The notes under the pieces were generated by a model, which was not told the DNA's origin, did not search any database, and worked only from the letters and a program-made list of their open reading frames with translations. The position numbers were made by a program, and so were the translations under genes. DNA of 64,000 bases from Centroscyllium fabricii (Eukaryota): contig JBNRSN020000010.1 of assembly GCA_051313645.2 (NCBI GenBank), positions 11,222,001-11,286,000 on the forward strand, given 5' to 3'. This document shows, piece by piece, positions 47,920-59,000 of the stretch. Positions within the stretch are counted from its first letter, which is position 1; each line of letters begins with the position of its first letter.

Positions 47920-50050
47920 CAGTCCCGTCAAATCCTTCGAGGGCAGGTAGACAGGCGTAAAATACAGTGTAAATCTCACTGTATTGTCGTTCAGAAAGCA
48001 CAGTGAAATCAGGTAGTTGTGGTCAATGCATCTTATAGCTCCTCTTACACTATCCAATGAAAATCATAAGCTCGCAGACAGCATGGTATGAATACAGGAC
48101 AGAAATCTCTGTGCAAGTAAGCATCACGCACTCTCACACCAGCTTTAAATACTAGTAAATCCCTTGTCAAATTATCGCATCTAAGGCCGAGCATGTTGCC
48201 AGAAATTAAACGGCACCCAATAGCTTGTTTGACACTTACCTTGTAAAAATCATGTACTGATGGGATTCTCAGCCTTTCCTATCATCGATGAAAGTTATTG
48301 TTTTATCACGTCATGTCCAATGGGAGTGTTAGTCCTACCAGATTTGCTCAGTGAAATTAGAGACCTTTTTCTCGTTCCAGTTAGTGTAGTGCTGATTCGA
48401 TTCTGCACTCTAACCTTTCTGAGAAATACGCTCTCCAAGAATATTTTAATAAAAAATGATGCATATTAATTCCAGAATATGTTAGTCGAAAAGAATGTTA
48501 CTAACTTTTGCGAGTATGAATAATTTTAATTTGTCCCTATTTACAATTTATTACATTTTCTGGACGTACTATTTTTGTTGACTGAACTCACTCACAATGT
48601 ACGTTGCCAGCTCCAGCTCCTCCCACAATAATAACCCACTCATACTGTTTAAACAGGGTTGAAAACCTGTCTCCAGTTGACATCAGATATGTGACAGGAG
48701 ACAATCAGAGGGTAGCCAAGAAAAATGTCACACAGCAGCCGGACATCCTCCCACTCGAAGTTGTACTTTTGCAATTTGGTACACTGTATTCGCTGCTCAG
48801 GTTGTGGTCTCCTCTACATACGCGATACCAAATTCCGACTGGGTGACCTATTTGTGGTACACATCGGTTCAGTCCGTCAGTGTGACCCCGAGCTTCTGGT
48901 TGCCTATCACTCTAATTATCCGCTCCAATCCCACTCTGATCTCACCATCTTCGGCCTCTTACACTTTTCCAATTAAACACAACGTAAGCTCGAAGAACAG
49001 CACCTGACCTTTCGATTACGCACCGTATCGCACTCTGGACTCAACAGCGAGCTCAACAATTTCACACCATAACCTCGGCCCGTATTTTATTTCACTCACA
49101 AAGTAGCTGTTTGTTATTCTGCCATTGCCATTGACATCTAATGTAAACTCATTTTTTTATTCTTAAGTTTCCCATTACCATCGCCGCTTGCCTTGCACAT
49201 TCATTCCATTTGTTTTGTAATCTCTCCTGCCTTCCATCGTATCACAGACCTTCTGTTTTGTTCTTTCCTTCCCTCACCACTTTCCCTGCCCCTACACTTG
49301 GAATAATCTGTTATATCTCTAACCTTATCCTTTTCGTAAAAAGTGTCATTGACATGAAATGTTAACACCTCTTCTCTCTCTGCAGATGCTGCATGAGCTG
49401 CTGAGCGTTTCCAGCATTTTCTCTTTATATCTCAGATTTCCAGCATTCACAGCGTTTTGCTTTTGTTTCAGAATAGTGGATGAATCCGCTTCCAACCCGA
49501 GGGAGTTCATTCGTGTGAGACCCCGGCTGCAGCCAAACTTGCACCACCTGGAGTTTCAAGTGTACGGATGAGCGGTTTTAGATGCAATACCTTTTATAAA
49601 CTAATTGAGAAACAATTTCAATGCAATTCGACACGAGATCGCTATTGACTGTATAATGACGGATGATTCCAGTTTTATCGCTGCAGACAGCTTCATTGAT
49701 TGATTATTCAAGTGAAATTGCAGATTTCTGAGATTTGACCTGCTTTCACATCGTTTACTTTCGCCCAGAAATTCGGGTCGCAGGATTCCCGCGGGTGCAA
49801 GCCTCCGAAATGCACTGAACGAGCGCGCTGACCATTAAGCTGTGGGCACGCATGGGATTGCAGTCCTGGGCATCCGCGAACTGCGTTCGCGCAGTGCTTG
49901 CATATCCCAGGGGCGGAGTTAATTTGATGCGGCCCCTGGGATCACGTGGTCACTGGAGAGCCAATGGGAGCAGCGAATTGCCCAATCATAAAATTGACAG
50001 GAAGAGTTCTCAAAAGTATAAATACTATATGCCCATAACATCCCTAAAAC
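47920..50050 (-). repeat. Inverted paralogue of window positions 1-6015 (old segmental duplication)
   Basis: Colinear reverse-complement blocks, e.g. ctgaacgacaatacagtgagatttacactg, aatcccatcagtaca, ggagctggagctggcaacgtacatt, gggtctcacacgaatga, tggaatcatccgt. Confidence 0.88.
48740..49460 (+). mobile_element. Penelope-like element 3' part (GIY-YIG remnant and tail)
   Basis: CNLVHCIRCSGCGLLYIRDTKFRLGDLFVVH...LVAYH; tail cagatgctgc...tgctgagcgtttccagcattttct. Confidence 0.75.
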
Positions 50051-50299
50051 TTCAAATCAATTAAAAAACAGAACACGTTTTTAAATTTATTATAATTTAC
50101 TGAAAATAACTATTTTGAGCAAAAATTTATTACATTTACAAACGGAGCTAAACATAAACTTATAACTCATTAAATTATTTACAAATAATCAACCTGTGGT
50201 AAAAGTGTTTTACTTTAACCAATTCATCACACAACCTTAACAGCAGGCCTTATGACTTCTTTTTACAGAGCCCCAGTAAAACTAAATTCAATGGGATTC

Positions 50300-51335
50300 G
50301 TTGGAAAGATCACCATTAGCTAGAATCAGTCCCTTCACAAAGAAAGAAAGCTGTCGCTTTGAAGGTCAATCACCAACGCTGCAGGAGTTGCTCAGGGCAG
50401 TTTCCTACGCCGAACCGTCTTCAGGTGCTTCATCATAAGGTCAAAATTGGGGACGTTTGTTAATGATTACACAGTGTTCAATTCCAGTCACAGCTCCTCA
50501 GAAAATCAAGCAGGTTCCTGCATTAAGCATGACCTGGACAACATCCAAGCTTGTGTTGTTAAGTGGCAGATAACATTCTTGCCACACAAATGCAAGACAA
50601 TGACTATCTTTAACAAGAGAAAATCTAACCACCGCCCCATGACATTCAACGGCATTACAATCGCCGAATACGTCACCTTTAACAACCTGGGTGTCATCTT
50701 TGAACAAAAAACTTAATGGACACGCCACGTAAATACTGTGGCTACAAAGGCAGATCGGGGTCTAGGTATTCTGCATCGAGAGTATTAACTCTAGTCTCTC
50801 CATACGCTTTCCACTATCGACAATGAGTGTGATGGAATACTCTCCACTTGCCTGGAGAGTGCTTCTCCAAAACCACTCAAGAAGCTCGACACCATCCAAG
50901 ACATTGCAGAACGCTTAATTGGAACCACCTCTACCACCATTAACATGCCCTCCCTCCACTACTGGTGTACCATGACTGCAGTGTGTACGATCTACAAGTT
51001 GCACTGCAGCAAGATGTCAAGGCATTTTTGACTGCACCTCAAAAATCTGCGACTTATACCACCTAGAAAAATAAGGCAGTTGGCGAATGTGAAAACCACC
51101 ACCTCCAAGTAACACATTATCCTCATTTGGAATTATATCGCTGTTTTTTTATTGTTGCTGGTATGAAATTCTGGAGCTCCTCCATTAACAACACTGTGGG
51201 AGTACGTTCACCACTCGGACTGAAGCGATTTCAAGACGGTGGCTCACAGCTAACGTCTGAAGGCTAATTATGGATAGGCAATAAATGCAGAATGTGCCAA
51301 CGATGCCCACATACCGTGAACGAGAGTAAATATTG
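50300..51335 (+). mobile_element. Old LINE RT 3' fragment (CR1/L2 group)
   Basis: DLDNIQACVVKWQITFLPHKCKTMTI...LGVIFEQK; MEYSPLAW. Confidence 0.75.
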
Positions 51336-52410
51336 TGTACCACCAGGACCGGGGGAGGGTCGTCACAACTAGTGGAAGTGAAGGTTTTGCTCCTGTACCG
51401 GAGGAGCAGGGTCACGTCTAGTGTAAATGCAGTCGTGCGTTTAATAACGGAGTTCCAAGATTACTTCTAATGTGCATCTAGGTGCCACACATACATGAGG
51501 AGAACGCTCACACCTTGTGTAAGTGTCGTTGCCAATCGTACCGGCTGAACACTTTCACCTCTAATGTAAGCGTAGGGTACCACTGGTATCGGAGGACAAA
51601 AAAACAGTTTTCATAGGGAGAGGGTTGGAGTTGGGGCAAAATGAATGTAATTTGAGGCGGTGACGGAAGACATTTTTTTTGATCTTCCTACTATTTAGTT
51701 GGAAATTATTTCGGTGTATTTACTCGATGTTGGACAAGCATTTATTCGTTATAGACAGTGGCGCGTTCAGGATAGGTTGTGAGGAAGTAGACCTGGGTGT
51801 CTTCAGCGAAAATGTGCTTCATCAGCTTTCGCATGTTCACATCTATCGAGTGTTGTGTACCAACATTAATGGATGGGCGCGGTCAACTCTAGTGTAGCTT
51901 TATGGTTACCTATAGTGAAGGAGGGACAGGCTCACATATCATGTATATGTCGGATCCCACAAGTTCTGGATGAGCACGGTCCACGCTTTGATAATATTAT
52001 GGGTATGATTAATACGGGCGGTGCCCGGTCAAATCTAGTGTTGGTGTACTGGTAGCACTGTTATTGTAGGAGTAGAATCAACGCACGTGCAAGTAAAAAT
52101 ATCTCCTGTTACTGGAGAAGCACAGTCACCACTAGAGTAATTGTATTTATGCCATTCCTACCGGACTAGCACGGTCAACTCTATTGAATGTGTAGGGCAC
52201 TACTGGTACAGACGGAGCCTGGTTACCCCCCGTGTAGATGTATCAGAACCATTCCTGCAGAAGGGAACTTGAACATCTCGTTTCATTGGAGGAGTGCCAC
52301 TAGTATCAGAGGAGAACAATCACCTCTAGTATATGTGTAGGGGAGCCATTTTGTACAGGGAAGCATAGTCAACTCTAGTATAATTGTAGGTTACATATAG
52401 CATTGTAAGA
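51335..52410. repeat. Degenerate ~48-bp minisatellite
   Basis: Recurrent gtagggtaccactggtac.ggaggagcacggtcaactctagtgta-like unit. Confidence 0.75.
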
Positions 52411-52689
52411 ACATCGCCATGCCTTATGTTGCCGGATTTGTTTTAGAACTAGTATTCCAGGATTTGTTGCACCGCCTAATCTGGAGAATTTGGTGCATTA
52501 GGAGTGAATAATGGACAGGGTCATGGAGTTTAATATGAGGGGAGCATCCTTCAGCAGGCCAGTCGGAATCGAAACAGCACGAGTCTGACGATTGAATTAT
52601 TCATTTGCAAACAATCTTATAATGGTGTATGTGTTAAACACACCAATATGAATTAGACACAGTTCCCTATATCTGTCGTATCAGAAAAG

Positions 52690-52800
52690 CAAAACAACTT
52701 AATGAGTCTATTTGTTAAATGACTGCAAGTAATGCTAATTATGATTTACCCTGATTGACTCCCTAGTGGACTGATTTGCGTATAAGTATAGATACCTTTC
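52690..52800 (+). promoter_or_regulatory. Candidate proximal promoter of the GPR139-like gene
   Basis: TATAAG at 52781, about 87 bp upstream of the ATG; TAATGA (52700), TAATGCTAATTA (52730) and TCCCTAGTGGA (52760). Confidence 0.45.
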
Positions 52801-53324
52801 CATTGCCTCAGCAGTGCGGCAGCCAGAGTTTTTCATCTCCTACAGAATTTCTCGATTCTCACAGAAAATGGGGCGACCAACTATTCTACTGATAAAAGAG
52901 ACTTACTACCCGATTCTCGCAGCCGTCGGTGTACCCGGTGAGTTAGCGATTTTAACTCGTTTGTTGTTAAACGGTGTTCTTTGTCCCTCTCTGTTCTTTC
53001 AGCCTGGTGAATAAGGTAACGTGTTTCGCTGCTTTCAGCACAGTCGGTGGTGACTGGAAGCAACTCGCGAACCATGTGTCTGCACTTCCCGAGTTTTCTT
53101 AATCAGCTAACCTCACTGATTTTACAATGTTTTTTGAAGCTCCAACACAAGGATTCTAGCGGACTTCCTGCCCATTCTCTCAGCGCTTGCAGACTGAGCG
53201 CTGCAGTAGCTCATTAAAATGTGTGCGTGGGTTTCCGAGGTAATGGCTCCAATATTAAACCTGTTCAGACACTGCTCCATGCTGATAATCACAGAGAACA
53301 GAGTAACATGCTCCAAACAGGTAC

Positions 53325-53706
53325 ATAGAAACATAGAAACTAGGAGCAGGAGTAGGCCATTCGGCCCTTCTAGCCTGCTCCGCCATTCAATGAGATCATG
53401 GCTGATCATCCAAACCCAGCACACTGTCCCTGCCTTGTCCCCATATCCCTCGATCCCTATCGAGCCTGCACCAACACATATCCCACCCTATCCCCGCAAC
53501 CCCACATATTCAATCCCATAACACTTAGGGTCAATTTATGATGGCCAATCAACATAACCCGCACATCTTTCGACTATGGGAGGAAACCAACGGAGACACG
53601 GGGAGAATATGCAAACTCCACACAGATAGTATCCGAGGCTGGATTTGAACCCAGGTCTCTAGTGCTGTAAGGCAACAGTGCTAACCACTATGCCACTGTG
53701 CCGCCC
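53325..53706 (-). mobile_element. HE1-like V-SINE in the GPCR intron
   Basis: Reverse head gggcggcacagtggcatagtggttagcactgttgcc...ggttcaaatcc; catagaaa tail; approximate TSD aggtac/aagtac. Confidence 0.9.
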
Positions 53707-53773
53707 AAAGTACCTCCATATAAATGTCAGTCAGACACTGGCATATTATTTCTCTCCTCTCTCTTTCTCACAG

Positions 53774-54692
53774 CGAACTTGGTGACAATGGTGATTCTAT
53801 TCCGAGGAAACTGCGGCCTTTCCAAGTGTATCTCTGTCTACATGGTGGCCATGGCAATAGCAGATCTACTAGTCATGGTAATCAATGTAATGGTGTATCA
53901 TATTCTCAGTTATCACTTTCAACGTTCCTCACTGCACCTACACCCGTATGTAAGTTCATTCTATATTTGACGGCTGTCACCCTCGATTTGTCTGTTTGGT
54001 TCACCGTCTCCTTCACATTTGACCGGTTTGTGGTTATCTGTTGCCAGAAGTTTAAAACAAACTATTGCACCGAAAGAACTGCGATTGCGATTGTAACAAC
54101 GTTTTCTGTCCTGATCTTCATGAAGAACATCACCTTTTTCTTTGTATATGAACCTCAACAAATAATTAACAAGGTACAGTGGGGCTGCGGGTCAAGTGCG
54201 ACGTTCTTTTCCTCAACTCCAGGTGCAGCGTTCTTCTGGTTTCACATCGTCTGGGTAGTATGGCTTCCTTTTGCTGTAATCGTCTTGTGTAATTCTTTGA
54301 CTATCAGTCGTATTTTAGCGGCCAGCAGAGCCCGCAGGGGATTCCGGAGTCACACGAGTGATAATCCGTGTGACCCAGCGATCCAGAATCGAAGGAAATC
54401 CATTATTTTACTGTTTACTATATCGGGATGTTTTATCCTGTTGTGGATGACAGCTGTAGTGAGTTTTGCAGCTGCCGGACTGACAAATATCAATTATTAC
54501 CGAGGCGACCGCACAAACCCAAACTATATCGCCACTGAAACCGGAACTATGCTGAAGCTTTTGAGTTCCTGTATAAACCCGTGTATTTATGCAGCAACCC
54601 AGGGAAAATTCAGAGAAGAGCTGCAGAAGTTGCTGAAATCTCCCTGGGAACTGATTCTAAAATTGTTTAAAAATAAAATTAATTTGAACTAG
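53774..54692 (+). CDS. GPR139-like: Main coding exon of the GPR139-like receptor (TM1-TM7); intact if the 1-bp deletion near 53939 is a sequencing error
   Basis: DRF (DRY-like), NPCIY (NPxxY) and seven hydrophobic segments across two frames; no other lesions seen. Confidence 0.6.
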
Positions 54693-56084
54693 AGCTTTGT
54701 TTGCGACATTAGAATTCACTTTCAGCTGATAGTCCAGCTGAGACTGGGGTTGTCTCTCCTTACAGCTTCATCAAGATGCCTCTTGTAAAATCTCACATGA
54801 ACAAGACTACATTTCTGTTCTTTGTGCCATTTAACCCAACATTGACCGCGGGCTTCCACAGTTCGTTAGCTGATGATTCCTTACAAATAAAGACATTCAG
54901 CCATTATTGTAAAAATTGTCAATAATGAATTAAATTTAATAATGGAATAGAAAGTTTAATCAACGTGTTTAATGTGTGGCAGAGTGAGGACTGCAATTTA
55001 ATTTTACCGTGTTATTGACAGGAAAATCCGCCAGATTTAGAATAAGATTCGGAGGTTCAAGAATGCTGGTGGCCGTAATTTTCTATCAGGTTTGCTGGGA
55101 CTGATTGAGGCTGCACCGAGCGCCCGATCTGTTCTCCTGGGAATAAGGAGCGGAGCCGCTGTCCCCTTCACAGTATCGCGATGCTTCATCATTTCTTTGA
55201 ATTTTTACTGAAGTTGCGTCGATTTACCTGCTTTTTGCAGCTGTACCTACTACTGAAAAGGAGTTGAAGGCTTTACAGCCACATTAACGTAAAGCTGATA
55301 TTTGTTTTTAGAAAGTTTGTCACAGGGATCCTGACTGCATTCAATCTAAATCAGCAAACTGATGACACAGGTAAAGCTGTGTAAGAATTCATAATATCCT
55401 AAATCATAGGGAATGTTTATTCAACGATCGGCACAATTCAATAGCCAGGTACGGAAATGGAACAATGTTCTGCCTGGCTTTGCACACAGACAATAATATA
55501 TAATAGCCCCTGATTTATACCAACTGGTGTATACCTGGTATCCCCGTTACAAGGCGGTGTTTTGGGCGCTCCGCCCGGCACCACTGGGGATCTGGGTTTG
55601 ATCGCGTTGCTCAGTGCAAAGACATCTGATGAAAGCTTGAGCCAATTAACTAATATTGTTTCAGCCCTCCTGTTGTGCCTTAGCTGAAACGGTGTTCCTA
55701 TATAAGCAGTGGCGCTTGGTGTAGGGATTTGAAGATGTGGAGGAGAGGCTGCCCCTGGGATTAGTCAAATCCACCGTTCACACTGGAGATACGTAAGAGC
55801 AGATGTCGTGGACTGCTTCCACTGGTCTGATCTTCAATATACCTGCTTACCCTTATAATACAGCCAGCGCAGTGGCCAATCCATCTTTGCATGACTTATG
55901 TAATTGATTGGCATCGCATATGTTGGTTATTCTGTTCCTTCAAATTTCCTTCAAAATGTAGTCGTTAGAATGTTTTTTGATTTTCTTTGAAGGTTTCTGC
56001 TCTGTCTTCCACCTACCTACCGGTTCCTGCAAATTTCCGGACGACGTTGTTTTATGCCCAGTGCGGCATTTGCCAATGTTTGTA

Positions 56085-56790
56085 GGACAGGCCCGATATT
56101 CAGTTCTATGGAAGTTAATGTAACTGAATATTGGGCCCAGTCTATAACAGGCGTTTCATGCGATACCAATCGTTTTGTGTCCACGCCCATTACCAATATT
56201 CTCCTATTTGGTTATTTTTCCTATTGATGATTATGGGATCTTGTTGTGCGAAATTTGGCTTCTACATGTCCTGACCTTACTGCAGTGATTACACTTTAAA
56301 AGTACTTTGTTCGCTGTGAAGGGCTTAAGGACATCCTGAGGCCTTGAAAGGCGCTACATAAATGCAAGGGGCAGAAACTCGTCTTGGCAATAAGGCAAAA
56401 TCACATCGCTTTCTGTTTTAGGCACAGCCCAATATTTAATTGCAAATCAGCATATAACAGGGGAACGATACGACGCCGGCGGGTTAGGCACTCCTCCCTT
56501 CGTCAATTTCACGCCAAGTTCTTTATTTTCAGCCAAACCTCCAGGATTAGTTTAAGGGGTATTTCAGCGACCCCAATTGAAGCTGTTTTAAACTGAAGTT
56601 TTAAGGAGAGTTATCGATCCGTTTGGGTTTAGTGGAAACTGATTACCCTGAATGTAAATTTAATTTAAATTTCGGCGTGAGTGGAAATGTGGCTGAAGCC
56701 AGTCTTACACCCCGCCGAGCTTCCCTTCCATTGAATCTAAGGAAAAAACTATTCGGCGGGTGAAAAATATGCTATCGGCAGTTTACTCAC
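56085..56790. mobile_element. Cluster of short old palindromic MITE and SINE-tail remnants
   Basis: ggcccgatattcagtt...aactgaatattgggcc hairpin; ggggcagaaa...aatttcacgcc; similar relics at 19465-19635, 19915-20115, 28880-29035 and 36395-36575. Confidence 0.45.
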
Positions 56791-58149
56791 AATCGAAGTT
56801 GGAAAGTTCAAATTAACCTGTGGCTTTTCTGGCAGAATTAACTTAAGCGGAGCAACGTTCAGTTGATCTGGAAGTTTCATCTTGCTCCATATTTTCCAAA
56901 AACTAATTGATAAAGTGCCGATACTGGTGAAGTAGCCACAAATTGTTTCACGACAGTGCTATCCGAATCAGTTGGGCAGTGACAATATTTATATTGTAAG
57001 TCAGGTTTCAGTTCCTGTAGCTGATAATTACGCTCATCAATTCTTGGTTGCAGCAACAGATTGAAATATTTGTTATAATTCTATTGTATAATGTGGTAGA
57101 AAGAAAGACTGGAGTAGTTGTGGTGTAACTGGCGCGAATTTCTTCATTGTGTATCTGTAAGTCGCAACAGAATGATCGTGTTTGTTGTGTTTGTATAACA
57201 GTGCAGATAGTTCTGTGGTTGTAGATAGTTAGTGGAGGGTTGCAGTGTACCGTCCTGAGTCTGACGGCCGCAATTAGCGTTGGAATCTGCCATTTTTTCC
57301 ACTTAATGTTAGAAGAATCTACAGAGCTCATTCCCTTGGCCGGAATTAATTCATGTTGCGTTACATTAAAGGTACTAACCAATGCACACTGGCGATGACC
57401 AAAATCAAATGATCTCGAAAAAACAGTAAGCATAAATACTGGCAATGCATTTGATATACTTGAACTACAAAAATGAAAACAAAACTGCTGAACAAACAAC
57501 CTGCAGGGAGTGAAAGATTCAGTCTGCTACTGAATATAATGAGTGACACGTCATAGATTCGCCTTAGCACCCATAGGCTGTAAGTATCTGAAATGAGGCG
57601 AACCGGATCCATGTTTGAAACGCCCCATACGTCACCAGATGCCTCTACTCCAGACTGTGGTGCTCTTCACTGTGGGCCGCAGGAAGTGTGGTCACAGTCT
57701 AATTGTCTTACAACAGGAAATGCCGCCGCCGGTCAGTGTCTGTGTCAGAATGCTTCGGCTTTCTCAGTGACTAGATGTCGGTTTCCCCAGTCCCAGAATT
57801 CCGCTGGACCAACAAGTTCGAGGTGTAAAATCCAACAGCAAGCGCGTCAGCCCCAGGATAACAGTCCAATCTCTAACTCTAGAAGAACGAGCATAAGAAA
57901 CCTGAGCAAATATCACTGGGCAAGTCAAAGCGGACAGTAATTCCACAATGATTAAAGTGCCATATAAGAAAGTAGATTTAATTTAATGTAGTTAATTTAA
58001 TATCATTAAATTTATTTTATTTCCATTTAATTAAGTTTAATGTAGTCTCGTTAAATTTAGTTTAATGTTACTTTATTTTCAAGCTCTCTTTAAGCTTCCG
58101 TGGTGATTTCTGTCACTGAGAATTTAAATGCTGCAACGTACAAGAAAAC

Positions 58150-59000
58150 AAACAGTCGAGCTTCCTGAGCCATGTTGGAACTATCGGGCGCTTCACCTGT
58201 CCATGATAATCGCGTGTCCATGAAGTGCGACCATCTGCTCGAAATTTACCTCGATGTTTCTGAAATTGAGGAGCGGTTTGATTCTCTGCAGGGCTCAGAA
58301 TTTGCTCGACCACATGCTCAAGGAGCTGGTCACCCCGCAGCTGTAGTGAAATCAGGATGATAGTAAGTTGCTGACCATCGGCAGCGTGCGAAGAGGCAAA
58401 CATTTCAGGGGTCCTTCGGGAGTGCGGCAGTCTCAAGAATGGGGCCTATTAGGGGTCAAAAAGGAGATCTCCATGCGAAAGCAGGGGGCATGGCTTAGAC
58501 ACTAAATGACTACATTACATGTGTCTTCACTAACCTAAAGTAAGCGGCCAATTTCACAGTGAAAGAAGCGATACTTGAGAAACTGGATAGGAAAGAACAC
58601 AAATAAAGAGGAGGCACATAAAGAGTTGGCAGCGCTCAAAGTAGAAAAGTAAACTGGTCCAAATATGTTGTATCCTAGTTAACGGACGGAAGTAAGGTTT
58701 GAAATTGCAGATACTCTGAAAAAAATATTAAAATCCGGCATAGATATGGGAGTGCATTCAGAGTCGTAATGTTGTGAAATATTTGGAGATGATAATCCGA
58801 AAGAAACTAATTTTGAGCTTCGACAATATGGGTTAAACACTGAAAGCCAGCACGGATTGTTTTGGTAACTTGATCGAGTCGTTTCATGAAGTAACTGAGC
58901 GGGTTGATGAGGCTAGTGCAGTTGTAGATATGGACGTTAAAAAGGCATTTGATAAAGTACTACATGATAGACCTGTTAGCAAAACTGAAGCTTTTTTAAA
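58150..59000 (+). mobile_element. Heavily deleted CR1 (ORF1 zinc finger/coiled coil and ORF2 pieces)
   Basis: AMLELSGASPVHDNRVSMKCDHLLE...VSEIEERFDSL; LIESFHEVTERVDEASAVVDMDVKKAFDKV. Confidence 0.7.

Larger units (their letters stand above)
52868..54692 (+). pseudogene. GPR139-like: Two-exon GPR139/GPR142-like class A GPCR with a single 1-bp frameshift
   Basis: Exon 1 52868-52937 MGRPTILLIKETYYPILAAVGVP (cg|gtgagt, phase 1); exon 2 from 53774 (ttctcacag|) ANLVTMVILFRGNCGLSKCISVYMVAMAIADLL..., frameshift near 53939, then TPVCKF...SVWFTVSFTFDRFVVICC...NRRKSIILLF...SSCINPCIYAATQGKFREEL, stop at 54692. Confidence 0.9.

Noticed and set aside
53724-53940. N-terminus of the 322-aa ORF (MSVRHW...)
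   Set aside because: Starts in the intron and is out of frame with TM1-TM2; the real N-terminus comes from exon 1.
55620-55695. CTGATGA plus gtttcagc/gctgaaac hairpin as ribozyme or snoRNA
   Set aside because: Core boxes and stems are not in a valid arrangement.
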